DNA of 60,876 nt, counting the filler. It is 6 parts of 6 records of this genome, joined end to end, with 100 filler letters (N's around TTAATTAATTAA, not from the genome) between each part and the next. Parts side by side here need not be neighbours in the genome. Positions count along the whole stretch, not along the records: positions 30,345 to 42,649 come from SRR31147125_18306; positions 42,750 to 51,983 come from SRR31147125_18320; positions 52,084 to 60,876 come from SRR31147125_18327; 3 more parts are not named here. The stretch is one strand, 5' to 3'. Both the position numbers and the translations under genes were made by a program. The notes under the pieces are model-generated. The model saw only the letters and a list, made by a program, of their open reading frames with translations, did not search any database and was not told the DNA's origin. Positions 40,924-52,096 of this stretch are shown in pieces. Each line of letters begins with the position of its first letter. Position 1 is the first letter of the stretch.

Positions 40924-41814
40924 ATGAGCACTACATTTTCACGACGTAATTTTATTAAAACATCAATGATTTCTGCTTCAGGGGCTGCTGCATTAGCCAC
41001 AGGATGTACCGCGACTTCTGAAAAAGTTGAAAAAAATGAAGCACCACTTAAAATTGGGCTCATGTCCTACAATCTTGCCAGGGATTGGGATATTGACACC
41101 ATAATCAAAAATTGTACAGAAACAAAATTCGAGCATGTGGAACTAAGAACCACCCACGCCCATGGTGTGGAAGTGACAACCCCTAAACCAGAGAGGGTAG
41201 AGGTTCGTAAGAGATTTGAAGACGCAGGTATCAAACTTTCTCTGGCCAGTGGATTCGCTTACCATTGGGATGATCCGAAAAAGCTCAGAGAGCATATTGA
41301 GGGTACAAAAGAGTATACGTTACTGGCAGAAGATCTTGGCGCCATTGGTATCCGTGTGTTTCCAAATGCGCTGTTGGAAGATAAGGGAATTCCCGTAGAA
41401 AAAACATTGGAACAAATCGGTAAGTCTCTTGCAGAGGTTGGTCAGTTTGGCCACGATCACGGTGTCGATATTCGAGTTTGTGTACACGGCAGAGGAACCG
41501 ATTACGTGCCACTTATTAAAAAAATGATCGACTATTCTGACAGTCCTTATGTCTATGTCAACTGGAATTGCTCACCACATGATGTCGAGGAACCGGGTTT
41601 TGAAGCGAATTTTAACTCACTAAAAGACCGGATTCGCAATATTCACATGCATGAATTGTGGAACGAGGATTATCCTTACCGCCTCTTTTTCAAATTGCTG
41701 AAAAAGAATGGTTATCAGGGCTATTGTGATGCTGAAATTCCAGCCAGTTCAGATCCTATTGAAATCATGCGATATTATCGGGCTCTTTTTCTGGCATATC
41801 AGAATGTGATATAA
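40924..41814 (+). CDS. Tat-exported sugar phosphate isomerase/epimerase (xylose isomerase-like TIM barrel)
   Basis: SRRNFIK twin-arginine signal; VELR, IRVF, IHMHE and YQGYCDAE motifs. Confidence 0.85.
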   Translation: MSTTFSRRNFIKTSMISASGAAALATGCTATSEKVEKNEAPLKIGLMSYNLARDWDIDTIIKNCTETKFEHVELRTTHAHGVEVTTPKPERVEVRKRFEDAGIKLSLASGFAYHWDDPKKLREHIEGTKEYTLLAEDLGAIGIRVFPNALLEDKGIPVEKTLEQIGKSLAEVGQFGHDHGVDIRVCVHGRGTDYVPLIKKMIDYSDSPYVYVNWNCSPHDVEEPGFEANFNSLKDRIRNIHMHELWNEDYPYRLFFKLLKKNGYQGYCDAEIPASSDPIEIMRYYRALFLAYQNVI

Positions 41815-41929
41815 ATAGAATGATCAAGTTCCTGATTCGCCATAATTTTTCTAAATAGCGACGAATCAGGGATCTGCTTGCCTGATAGTACAAAAAAATA
41901 TTCTTGACTGAAACAAATCAGGTGAAAAA

Positions 41930-42538
41930 ATGGCTAGTCCGCTCATTTTAACAAAACGTTTAACTTTACGGTTTTTCACTCTGCAAGATGCCCCTGTTGT
42001 GCAAAAACTCGCCGGTGAAAAAGAGATCGCCTCAACCACCCTCAATATTCCATATCCCTATCCGGATGGGGCTGCCGAAGAGTGGATTGGATCGCATCTC
42101 CATCTCTTTGCTGAGAAGAAACAGGCAAATTTCGCTATTGAACATTCTGATACCAAAGAGTTGATTGGTGCTATTGGTATTATGAATATTCATCCGACAT
42201 TCCATCATGCAGAGATAGGTTACTGGATCGGAAAGCCTTATTGGAATAATGGGTATGGCACAGAGGCGGGTCAGGCAGTGCTTGCTTATGCATTTGAGGT
42301 ATTGAAATTGAATCGCGTTTATGCAAATCATTTTTCTCGTAATCCTGCTTCCGGACAGGTTATGCAAAAGTTGGGCATGAAACACGAAGGCTGCTTACGC
42401 CAGCACGTGCGGAAATGGGACAAGTATGAGAATCTGGAATGTTATGGCATATTAAAGAGTGAATATAAACCGGATTCAGAATCTGTTACCATTTCAGAAG
42501 TGGAAACACAACACAATGTGGACAGGAAGCACCAATAA
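41930..42538 (+). CDS. RimJ/RimL-type GNAT acetyltransferase
   Basis: TKRLTLR, EIGYWIGKPYWNNGYGTEA, NPASGQVMQKLGM. Confidence 0.92.
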   Translation: MASPLILTKRLTLRFFTLQDAPVVQKLAGEKEIASTTLNIPYPYPDGAAEEWIGSHLHLFAEKKQANFAIEHSDTKELIGAIGIMNIHPTFHHAEIGYWIGKPYWNNGYGTEAGQAVLAYAFEVLKLNRVYANHFSRNPASGQVMQKLGMKHEGCLRQHVRKWDKYENLECYGILKSEYKPDSESVTISEVETQHNVDRKHQ

Positions 42539-42649
42539 AGTGTTAGTAAGCATAAATTAATGCGCGGTTAGCACCGTAATATTATAACAATGGGACATAA
42601 CGCACCTCTTGTAATTCCATTAAATTTATAATTACTTATTTCGTTATAC

Positions 42650-42749
42650 NNNNNNNNNNNNNNNNNNNNNNNNNNNNNNNNNNNNNNNNNNNNTTAATTA
42701 ATTAANNNNNNNNNNNNNNNNNNNNNNNNNNNNNNNNNNNNNNNNNNNN
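42650..42749. other. Artificial contig spacer
   Basis: N run containing TTAATTAATTAA. Confidence 0.99.
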
Positions 42750-43224
42750 TTTTCTCTTCTGTTTTTTCATTTTTTTCCAGGTCCTCAGCAGTTTCTGCCT
42801 TGGGAATATCCGGAACAGGTAATAATTTGTCGATCAATCGTTCCTTGGCTAAAATGGCGGCTTTTTCCTGCACACCGGCAATAAACTCACTTCGCACCAT
42901 ATTGACGGAAAGATCTAAAAGATCCCGGACGATAGATTCTACATCGCGTCCAACATATCCAACTTCAGTAAACTTGGAGGCTTCTACTTTGATAAAAGGG
43001 GCTTTAGCCAGCCGGGCTAAACGCCGGGCAAGTTCTGTTTTTCCAACTCCGGTCGGGCCGATCAGGATAATATTATTAGGCATTATTTCATCACGTAATT
43101 CATCAACCACTTGTAGTCGTCGCCAGCGATTTCGTAATGCAATTGCAACCGATCGTTTCGCTTCGTTCTGGCCAATAATATATTTGTCAAGTTCGGACAC
43201 AATCTCACGTGGTGTCATTTCCAT
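42750..43224 (-). CDS. hslU: HslU ATPase, 3' truncated
   Basis: [38 protein letters not shown]. Confidence 0.97.
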
Positions 43225-43398
43225 ATCTATTCACTTTTCCTGGCTTTATAAATACTTATCTGATCGTTACAGAATCACACAAAACAGACTCTGTAACGTA
43301 AACAACTTTTAAGTTACATTTTCACGGAGCGTTGCAGACCACATAAAATCATTTCCCAAAGCATCCGTAAAGTACCAACATTAGCAATAACAAAAGAC

Positions 43399-43947
43399 TT
43401 ACGAGTTTAAACTAGCAATTGTCAAATTTGAATTTGTGTAAATACAAATATTTGAGGTTATTTGCATTGCCTCTTTTACAATCTTTGAAGCATCAAGATT
43501 AGAATGAAGTGTCAATGCCTTTGCCGCGGCATAAGCATAAGGACCGCCAGAGCCAATGGCAATGATTTGGTCATCCGGTTCAATAACATCGCCGGTACCG
43601 GAAACGAGAAAAAGACTATCATTATCCATAACAGCAAGCTGTGCATCCAGCCGTCGTAAATACCGGTCCGTACGCCAGTCTTTGGCTAACTCTACCACGG
43701 ATCGACCAAGATTGCCGTGAAATTCTTCCAATTTTCCTTCAAATCTCTCAAACAGCGTAAACGCATCTGCCGCTGCTCCGGCAAAACCAACAAGTACTTT
43801 ATCATGATATAATTTTCGGACTTTACGTGCTTTTGCCTTAAGGACAGTATCACCATAAGTCACTTGACCATCTCCGGCAATAACGGTTTTTCCCTTGTGC
43901 CGTACTCCGAGAATGGTCGTGGCGCGAATCGTTTTTCCATAATTCAT
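43399..43947 (-). CDS. hslV: HslV protease
   Basis: [35 protein letters not shown]. Confidence 0.97.
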   Translation of the reverse strand: MNYGKTIRATTILGVRHKGKTVIAGDGQVTYGDTVLKAKARKVRKLYHDKVLVGFAGAAADAFTLFERFEGKLEEFHGNLGRSVVELAKDWRTDRYLRRLDAQLAVMDNDSLFLVSGTGDVIEPDDQIIAIGSGGPYAYAAAKALTLHSNLDASKIVKEAMQITSNICIYTNSNLTIASLNS

Positions 43948-43969
43948 CTATTATTCTCTAATTCTAAAG

Positions 43970-45383
43970 TTAAAATCTTCTTCTCAGTCTCGAGACAGGT
44001 ATCATCATTTGTTCACGATATTTTGCAACCGTTCGACGAGCGACATTATAGCCTTGTTCTTTTAACATTTCGGCAATTTTTTGATCATTGTATGGTTTTT
44101 TGGCTGGCTCTTTCTCGATAATTTCTTTGATCAGCCCCTTAATCTTTTTATTAGAGACGTCCTCACCAACATCTGTGCGAATTTTTTCGCTAAAAAAGAA
44201 TTTCAGTTCAAATACACCCCATTCCGTTTGAACATATTTTCCATTTGTAACACGACTTACAGTGGAAATATCCATTCCAATTTCATCCGCAATGTCTTTC
44301 AGAATCATGGGTTTTAAATTCTTTGGCCCGGAATAAAAAAACTCTGATTGTTTTTCAATAATCGTATCCATAACCCGTAAAATCGTTGCACGTCTCTGGT
44401 GTAAAGAGTTTATTAACCAGCGAGCTGATTCTAACCGTTGTTTTATATAATCACGTGTTTCTTTGTTCGTTTTTTTCGGTCTAACATCATTTTGCGATAT
44501 TGGTTGTTTATGCGCAATTGTGGAATATTCCAATCATGCATAAAAACCTTGAATTCACCGTCTTCTTTTCTAACCTCTATATCCGGAACGATATAATTAT
44601 TTTCATAAACGATATATCCTTCGCCAGGTTTTGGATTCAATTTGGTAATATGCTCTATGATGCCTTTAATGGTGTCAATGGTAATATCGAGTTGTTTGGT
44701 AAGCTTTTCATATCGTTTGTTTTTAAAATCATCAAAACAATCTCTAATCACCTGAATAGCAAGTTCGTTTCGTTCCTCTTCCTCAAGTAGCTGGATTAAA
44801 AGACATTCCTGCAAATTTCTGGCAGCAATACCAGTTGGTTCAAATCTTTGTATAATACCCAGGACTTTTTCAATATTTTCGACATCTTCTTCCAGATTAG
44901 CAGCGATAGTATCTGTATCAGTGCTTAGATAGCCAACAGAGTCAATATTCCAAATTATATACTCTCCAATAACAACTTCTGCAGAGAAAGTTTGCTCATA
45001 TGTAATTGACTTAATAAATGATCAGTGAGGGTTTCCTGATGAACTTCTGGTCGTTCAAAAACTTCTGTGTTTTTCTCCCTTGGAACGTGTGATTCAAACC
45101 CATCTTCATCATGAAGAATTTCTTCCCAATCAATTTCATTGTTGGAATCCTCTAAACTGGCATCTTCGTCGCTGTCGGTTTTGAGCTCCATGTCCTGGTT
45201 CTCAACATCGAGTTCCTGCTCTAATTCCTCTTCAAGATCGGTTTCCAGCAATGGATTTGTTTCCAGCTCCATACGGATTCTCTGTTCCAGACTGAGAGAG
45301 GGTAATTGCAGCAATGAAGATAGCAACACCTGTTGAGGTGATTGCTTTAATTGCATGCTAAGTCTTTGAGTAAGTTGCACCAT
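43970..45383 (-). CDS. rpoN: RNA polymerase sigma-54 factor, two apparent frameshifts (about 44470-44476 and about 44985)
   Basis: Gln/Leu-rich region I, ETNPLLE, LNPKPG, STVSR and the RpoN box ARRTVAKYRE, spread over three frames. Confidence 0.93.
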
Positions 45384-45548
45384 CTTTGAAACTCCCTAAC
45401 ACCCGTGCACACCTAATAATAAAAATTGACAATTAATTTCAATTAATCATGTTATGGGCGTGTTAAATACAAAAGCTAATTATTATTAAATACTCATAAA
45501 TCACACAAAAGAAAGATCATGGAACGTATGAAACTATCAATCTTTCTT

Positions 45549-46286
45549 TTATCTATCCAGGCGAAATTTATCACCAAGATAAAGTTTTTTTGCTTCCTGG
45601 TCATTGGCCAGTAACTCTGCTGTCCCAGCTTTTAGCACCTTGCCATCAAACAATAAATAAGCTCTATCTGTGATCGACAAGGTTTCATGGACATTATGAT
45701 CCGTGATGAGAACGCCAATCCCGCGTTCTTTTAAACCAGATACAATTTGCTGAATATCTTCAACAGCAATTGGATCAACTCCGGCAAAAGGTTCGTCCAG
45801 CAAAATAAATTTTGGATTGGTAACAAGAGCACGGGCAATCTCAACACGCCGGCGCTCGCCACCTGAAAGTGTATACGCTATGCTTTTTGATAAATGAGCA
45901 ACTCCAAGCTCATTTAAGAGCTTTAATGCTCTGTTTTTTTGCTCACTTTTTGAAAGTGGCAATGTCTGCAAAATGGATAATATATTTTCCTCAACTGTCA
46001 GTCGACGAAAGACAGAGGCTTCCTGCGCTAAATAGCCAATACCCATCCGTGCTCGTCTATACATGGGCTGACTTGTAATATCCTGATTGTTAAGAAAAAT
46101 GCGTCCTGTATTTGGACGAATCATCCCGACGATCATATAAAACGTTGTTGTCTTGCCAGCTCCATTTGGACCAAGTAAGCCAACGATTTCTCCTTGCTTT
46201 ATTTCAATACTGACCTTATCAACAACTTTGCGTTTACTATAAATTTTTACGAGCTGATCGGATCTTAAAACGGGCAGATCAGACAT
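45549..46286 (-). CDS. lptB: LPS export ABC ATPase
   Basis: GPNGAGKTT, LSGGERRR, DEPFAGVDP, ITDHNV. Confidence 0.97.
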   Translation of the reverse strand: MSDLPVLRSDQLVKIYSKRKVVDKVSIEIKQGEIVGLLGPNGAGKTTTFYMIVGMIRPNTGRIFLNNQDITSQPMYRRARMGIGYLAQEASVFRRLTVEENILSILQTLPLSKSEQKNRALKLLNELGVAHLSKSIAYTLSGGERRRVEIARALVTNPKFILLDEPFAGVDPIAVEDIQQIVSGLKERGIGVLITDHNVHETLSITDRAYLLFDGKVLKAGTAELLANDQEAKKLYLGDKFRLDR

Positions 46287-46306
46287 GTATTCTTTTTTTC
46301 CATTGT

Positions 46307-47613
46307 TTAATATTGCGTTGGCATCGGACGCGATGAATCGCTCTTTTGATTATCTAAAAGGCCTAATTGATTTAAAATTCCTGCTAATTCGTTTTCGATT
46401 TTCTCTTTTCGCTCCACCGGGTAAAATGTGCCGTTGGCATTACTTGGCGTACTCTTGACCCATACCTTTTTCAACTCGCCATTATCTAGTAAAAGTTTTA
46501 TTTCATCACCCAGTACTTTATTAAGACCTCTCTCCTCTTTTTCTTCAATAACGTGATAATAACTCGTTGCACGACCTTTCACCTTGACAGAATCCACCTC
46601 TTCTTCATTTAGAAAGAACAAAATGTCTTCACCAGTCATCAAGTTATACACTGGTTTGCTATTAGTCAAAGAGTCTAGTTTTGAAGTCACAATCGCTTTA
46701 TTATTGATTTTTATTTCCACGACCTGGTTATCCTCCAGGATTAAATCAATAAATTTTCCGGTAATATAATCATTCTGTCTTTGTGCTGTGGGACTATCTC
46801 TTAACTCGATGCGATCTTTATTGCGTAAATATTCCAAACTGCCACAGTTAGCGACAATCAGACCGCGGGTAATTTTAACATCCTCTTTAACAACGATACG
46901 GGCGCCATCATCAAACATTTCCATGACAATACCGGTGATCACAAGTTCATTTGATCGTGATGAGTCATACCTCGTAAACCTGGGATGACCTGTTAAAATG
47001 GCGTAACCTTTTTCACTAAGATATTCTGCTCTGTCTCCTAAAAGTTCAAAATGATCCTTGCTGTTAACTATCCCGGATCTTTCCTGAGGCTCAGTATTAT
47101 CATTTGAACCGGCTATTTGTTTTTTATTATCAACAATCCTGACATTTTCTTTAGCAACAGCCTTATCTTCATTATCAAAGTAAAACAACGTATCAGCATA
47201 AAGAATTTTTGAGGAATCTCTTAATTGCGCCTTTCCTGCAGCGACAGCATTGCTGGTCTCTTCAAAATAGTTTATTGTATTGGCATAAAGTTCTTTACCA
47301 CGATTGAATATCTGTACATTACCTTTAAGAAAAAATCTTTTTCATCCAAAAATTGAATGGCATTATCACAAAATAGTGTTGCCTTTCCTTGCTGTAATTG
47401 GACATCTCCTACCAGTTTTCGTACGGGCTGTCCATCTATCGTTCCGCCTGATAGCACTTCAGCATTCTTTAATTCCATTCTTTCTTTAGTTTCCTGCGAA
47501 AGCGCCTTTTTAACATCACGCATAAAAACAACGAATATAATTAAAATAAAGAGAAGAGCAAATAGAATATTTTTAAATATCTTATAATCGTTGTATAATC
47601 TAACACGTTTCAT
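46307..47613 (-). CDS. lptA: OstA/LptA-like beta-jellyroll protein, apparent frameshift at about 47330-47342
   Basis: Repeated GxV/AD strands; lies between lptC and lptB. One added base joins the 113-aa and 293-aa ORFs. Confidence 0.7.
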
Positions 47614-47631
47614 ATAGTCAAAATTTAAAAA

Positions 47632-48342
47632 TCATAAATCTGTTTGATTCTCCAACAGGGAATCTGTACCCAAACTCCTTGTTTCAAGATCAATCTTATT
47701 TAAATTGGAACCAGTGGTACTATCTGGTGAAACGTATCCACTATCAGGGATCGTGTTCTTTTTCCGTTCAAATTCTTGCATGGACAAATCCGCAGCTGTA
47801 TGGGCGATACCACGCGGCTTGAGAATTATCCAGTCAATCATCTGTGGATCAGACTCGAAACCTGTTCCATAAAGAGTATCTTTTTCTTGAGTGGTAACCA
47901 TAACATCTACTTTTGATAAAATTTGCTCACTTTTTTGAAAATAGGCCAACTCTTCTGTATATAATGTAATTCCTGTGTCTGTAGCCACAACAACATGCCC
48001 CATGGCATACATATCATTGGTATTTTCATCAATTTCGCCCTGATCTGCTGAAAGCGTTGAAGAGGGTTTGCCAACTTTATCATAAAAGTGTATAACAACT
48101 CCCTGATCAAATTTCATCTTTTTTTGCTGTGAAAAGCCTACCATGTGGCCGTATTCCACTTTGGCGACAACGCGTCCTTTATTCGTAGCCTTGACTGTTG
48201 ATTCCCATCCTTCCTGATCAGGTTTTTCAACTGTGTTTTCATCTTTTTCAGGAAATGTAATGTCCTCACGGGAACAAGACCAGGCTGAAAGTAACAGTGC
48301 AACTAGAAAAATACAGAAAATATGTTTACAAATCGTCTTCAT
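47632..48342 (-). CDS. lptC: LPS export periplasmic protein LptC
   Basis: LSADQG, GHVVV, LYTEEL and LYGTGFESD motifs; conserved position after kdsD. Confidence 0.85.
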   Translation of the reverse strand: MKTICKHIFCIFLVALLLSAWSCSREDITFPEKDENTVEKPDQEGWESTVKATNKGRVVAKVEYGHMVGFSQQKKMKFDQGVVIHFYDKVGKPSSTLSADQGEIDENTNDMYAMGHVVVATDTGITLYTEELAYFQKSEQILSKVDVMVTTQEKDTLYGTGFESDPQMIDWIILKPRGIAHTAADLSMQEFERKKNTIPDSGYVSPDSTTGSNLNKIDLETRSLGTDSLLENQTDL

Positions 48343-48391
48343 ATATAATATTTTTAGATAACTTTAATCAAAACTATTAGTTCAAACACTT

Positions 48392-49425
48392 TTAATCCGG
48401 ACTGTTTTTAGCGTTATTAACACCTGTTTCCAGCAGATCATGCAAATGTACCATGCCGACTGGACATCCTTCTTCATTCACAACAATAACCTGCATGATA
48501 TTATGATTTTCCATCAATATCCACGCTTCTTTGGCAAAACAACCAATCTTTACGGTTTTGGGATGTGGATTCATTACATCCCAGGCATGTAACCTGGACA
48601 GGTCTTCTGATTTATTCATCAAACGCCGTAAATCGCCATCTGTTATAATTCCGGCTAATTTTCCCGCTTCATCAATAACACTTGTCCCACCAAATCGTTT
48701 TTTGGTAATTTCCAAAATAACCTCACGCATGGTTGCATTTGTATGGACAACTGGTAATTTTGGATCAGTAAACATAACATCCTCAATTTTCAACAATTGT
48801 CGTCCTAACGAACCTCCCGGATGCAAAAATGCAAAATCATCAGCGTTAAAATTTCGTTTTTCAAGTAAAGCCACGGCCAAAGCATCTCCTAACGCGAGCG
48901 TGGCTGTCGTGCTGGCTGTTGGGGCCAAATTATTGGGACATGCTTCCTCATGAACACTTACATCCAGTACCACATCACATCTGACAGCCAGTGCAGAGCG
49001 TAGATTACCAGTCATTGCAATGATGGGAACACCTATTTGCTTAAAAACAGGAATTAATCTGGAAATTTCATTTGTATTTCCACTTTTAGAAATACAAATA
49101 ACCACATCATTCTTGCGCACCATTCCCAGATCACCATGAACACCTTCAGCGGGATGCAAAAAATGGCCGAGGTACCTGTGCTGGTCAGTGTTGCGGAAAT
49201 TTTTTTCGCAATTATACCTGACTTGCCAATTCCGCTAATAATAACCCGCCCTGAGCTTTCGTAAATCAAATTAACAGCGCGTTCAAATTCCGAATCAATA
49301 CGATCTACAAGTGCTTCAATGGCCTGACTCTCAATCCTGAGCACCTTTCGAGCTATTTCAATAACTCTTGAAGCATTTTCAGTCTGACTTTTATCTAAAC
49401 AATTATTTATTCTAACCTTTGCCAT
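48392..49425 (-). CDS. kdsD: Arabinose-5-phosphate isomerase (SIS plus CBS), apparent frameshift at A6 run 49158-49163
   Basis: GIGKSG, HPAEGVHGDLG, SKSG, APTAST, HPGG and TDGDLRR motifs. Confidence 0.93.
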
Positions 49426-50084
49426 AATTTCGGTATCGGAAAAACTCCTTCCAGAGATACAGTAATTGAATCTGCCGCTTGTTCCGTGTTTGGATAAGCA
49501 CGATAGGCAAGAACTTTGATTCTCTTGCGGCCTGAGAGATCCTGCAATGCCCACAGAACAGAAAAGGGTGGATTAGAAACCACTCCTAAAAATACATTAT
49601 CAATATAAAACTCGACACGATCAATAAAACGTTCAGGTGATGCCTCTGCACTTATTTCAATCGTGCCCAAAGCGACAATAAAATCACCTTCCTTTGGTTG
49701 GGTGATACGAACCCTTGGTTCATTCCGTGAAACAACAGTAATCGTCACATTCGATTCCGCAACACCACCATTTTCATCCTTGACAGTAACAACAAGGTCA
49801 TAGACATCTTCAATTTTTGGCGAAATCCACTGTATGCTCTCACCCTGAGCATTTATAAAAACGCCTCCGGCTGAACTCCAACTATAAACCAGATTATCTT
49901 CATCAGGATCTGTAGCATTAACCGTGACAACAACAGTATCACCAACAAAGACCGTATAAGAATCAGCTGAAATACTGTCGATAATCGGATCCCGATTTGC
50001 CAGTTTTTCCAAAACTCCGCAACCTAAAAATACGAGTAAGAGTGAGAAAATCCTGACTTTCTGATCGTGAATCAACAATAACAT
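49407..50084 (-). CDS. Lipoprotein with two Ig-like/PKD domains
   Basis: Lipobox FLGC; ATDPDEDNLVYSW, VTVKDENGG and VEFYID motifs. Confidence 0.8.
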   Translation of the reverse strand: MLLLIHDQKVRIFSLLLVFLGCGVLEKLANRDPIIDSISADSYTVFVGDTVVVTVNATDPDEDNLVYSWSSAGGVFINAQGESIQWISPKIEDVYDLVVTVKDENGGVAESNVTITVVSRNEPRVRITQPKEGDFIVALGTIEISAEASPERFIDRVEFYIDNVFLGVVSNPPFSVLWALQDLSGRKRIKVLAYRAYPNTEQAADSITVSLEGVFPIPKLWQRLE

Positions 50085-50117
50085 TGTAAAATTCCAGATT
50101 AATTGTTTTTATTAAAA

Positions 50118-50894
50118 TCAGAATTTTACAAAACCGCATTGGTACACCAGAAGGGTTATCGAGTTTTGAACCACCAGCCCAATTGACAGCTTTGCCGGAT
50201 TCCAGCTATCATCCAATGCGATCTGCTTTTTTACATTTTTTATATGGCCGGATTGAAATGTCGTAAATGTTTCAATCTGCACAATATCTCTGACGATTGC
50301 CCGACCATTGTTAAAAACGTCTTCTGTTATCACAGCGATAACACTGACATTAAATTCGTTTGTTGTTCCCAGGCGAGCAATCTTGCCTTGAAGTAAAAAT
50401 TCGTCACCTGTTACATGGGCGTCTGCCTCAATTGAAAACAGCGCCGGGATCGCCATTCTTGTTTCAAGTTCTTTCAGATATCGACTATATCCTGTTTCTG
50501 CATCTGATATGCCCTGAATATCACTGGAAAGTCCATCAAAAAAAACATGTGGGAGGCCTTGTCTGGAAGGATCCGGGACGTATTTTTTATAACGGATCAA
50601 ACTTCCCGATTGCGCAAGAGCATCGGTACCGGGTGTTTTTTCAATATGGTGTTCAAGAAGTAAAAAAGGATCATGCTTGTATTCATCTGAAAGCCGGGAG
50701 ATGGCATTTATACCGGCCTCAGCCAATTCATCACCGGAAACATTCGTAAAAATGTCCACCAGAACAATCCGTTTGGTTTGACTCTCTGGATTTTGTGGAT
50801 CCAAAGGATTATCCCTGTCCAGATTGTCACAGGTAACAATGTGAAAGAACAATACAGTAACCAAGAGGCCCGTCCTTTTACCAGCGGCTAACAT
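50118..50894 (-). CDS. Omp28-like lipoprotein (thioredoxin-like plus Ig-like) lacking CxxC
   Basis: Signal ending VTC; DNPLDP, RIVLVDIFT, GLPHVFFDG, AVITED, WNPAKL..VVQN. Confidence 0.7.
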   Translation of the reverse strand: MLAAGKRTGLLVTVLFFHIVTCDNLDRDNPLDPQNPESQTKRIVLVDIFTNVSGDELAEAGINAISRLSDEYKHDPFLLLEHHIEKTPGTDALAQSGSLIRYKKYVPDPSRQGLPHVFFDGLSSDIQGISDAETGYSRYLKELETRMAIPALFSIEADAHVTGDEFLLQGKIARLGTTNEFNVSVIAVITEDVFNNGRAIVRDIVQIETFTTFQSGHIKNVKKQIALDDSWNPAKLSIGLVVQNSITLLVYQCGFVKF

Positions 50895-50895
50895 G

Positions 50896-51753
50896 TCAGA
50901 GAACCATTTTTATTTGAATACCACAGAAGCCGGAACAACCATTCATATAGGGATTCAAAACCAGACGGGACTCATGCTGTACATCACCATAAGCTAAAAT
51001 TTGATTCAAAGAACTATTGCTGCGCATCCACAGGTAAATACCGCTGATCATAACAACTGCGGCCACACCGGCTGTAATATTTCGGGCTTTATGGTACCTG
51101 TTAGCCCTGTTATAATACGTATCAAAATCGTTTAATGACTGCGTGTCATGGTATTTATCATAATTACTATTAAAAGAAGAGTGAAGTATAACTGCAGCCA
51201 GCCCTGTTCCTATCGCACTCCCGATTACCCATGGAACATGATAATTTTTAATACGTGAAACAGACAAGCGCTCACCCTTGCCAGTCACGTTATTGACAAT
51301 ATTATGACTTAACACTTTTGTCATTTCATTGATAGCGCGGGAATGGGGTCCGATAACTTTTTCACCGAACACCTTTCCAGTTGTAACCTGTGTAATGTGC
51401 ACGTCAATACGAAAATCGGAATCGGATTGTGCAATTTCACCTGTAAGAACATATTGCGCTCCAAGCATGTGGCCAACATGTTGGGCCAAAGAATCATCAA
51501 TAAGACCACTTTGTCCCAAAGCTTGTTCTGCCAACAAGGCATCTATCCTGGATCGCTCGACAACGATAATATTTTCATTTTGGGCCAGCTCGGTCTTGAG
51601 AATTTCGGGTATACTCTGTTCAAGAACAGAATTCGAAACGATATTGGTGTTGTTCCTGAATTTGGCAATAGCAATGGTAATCGAATCATCCTGCCCCACG
51701 CTCATCTGAACCCCAAAAACCAGGATCAAGACAACAAACGTCGAGACTTTCAT
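50896..51753 (-). CDS. CsgG/TolB-N-like secreted protein with C-terminal hydrophobic helices
   Basis: IAIAKFRN, VVERSRIDALLAEQAL, GHMLGAQYVLTG. Confidence 0.8.
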   Translation of the reverse strand: MKVSTFVVLILVFGVQMSVGQDDSITIAIAKFRNNTNIVSNSVLEQSIPEILKTELAQNENIIVVERSRIDALLAEQALGQSGLIDDSLAQHVGHMLGAQYVLTGEIAQSDSDFRIDVHITQVTTGKVFGEKVIGPHSRAINEMTKVLSHNIVNNVTGKGERLSVSRIKNYHVPWVIGSAIGTGLAAVILHSSFNSNYDKYHDTQSLNDFDTYYNRANRYHKARNITAGVAAVVMISGIYLWMRSNSSLNQILAYGDVQHESRLVLNPYMNGCSGFCGIQIKMVL

Positions 51754-51785
51754 GATAAAAGATATCCTTATATGCTAAATAGACG

Positions 51786-51983
51786 TTAAACGTGCCAATT
51801 CACCTCTAATTCCCGCCGTAATTCATCCATTTTCTTAATTTGAACAAGAAGTTTTTCCAGCTTTTGCAGAGGCCACATACTGGCTGCATCACACAAGGCA
51901 TCTGAACAATGTGGGTGGGTTTCAATGAATACAGCTTCACAACCGGCTGCAATTGCTGCGCGTGATAGCGCAGGTACGAATTC
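51786..51983 (-). CDS. kdsA: KDO8P synthase C-terminal fragment (contig-truncated)
   Basis: Manual translation [35 protein letters not shown]; upstream of kdsD. Confidence 0.85.
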   Translation of the reverse strand, partial: EFVPALSRAAIAAGCEAVFIETHPHCSDALCDAASMWPLQKLEKLLVQIKKMDELRRELEVNWHV

Positions 51984-52083
51984 NNNNNNNNNNNNNNNNN
52001 NNNNNNNNNNNNNNNNNNNNNNNNNNNTTAATTAATTAANNNNNNNNNNNNNNNNNNNNNNNNNNNNNNNNNNNNNNNNNNNN
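51984..52083. other. Artificial contig spacer
   Basis: N run containing TTAATTAATTAA. Confidence 0.99.
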
Positions 52084-52096
52084 AAAAGTCTGGGAG

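Noticed and set aside
42595-42649. ACATAAC...GTTATAC attC-like site after the GNAT gene
   Set aside because: Internal pairing is poor, it is cut by the contig end, and no integrase or second site is present.
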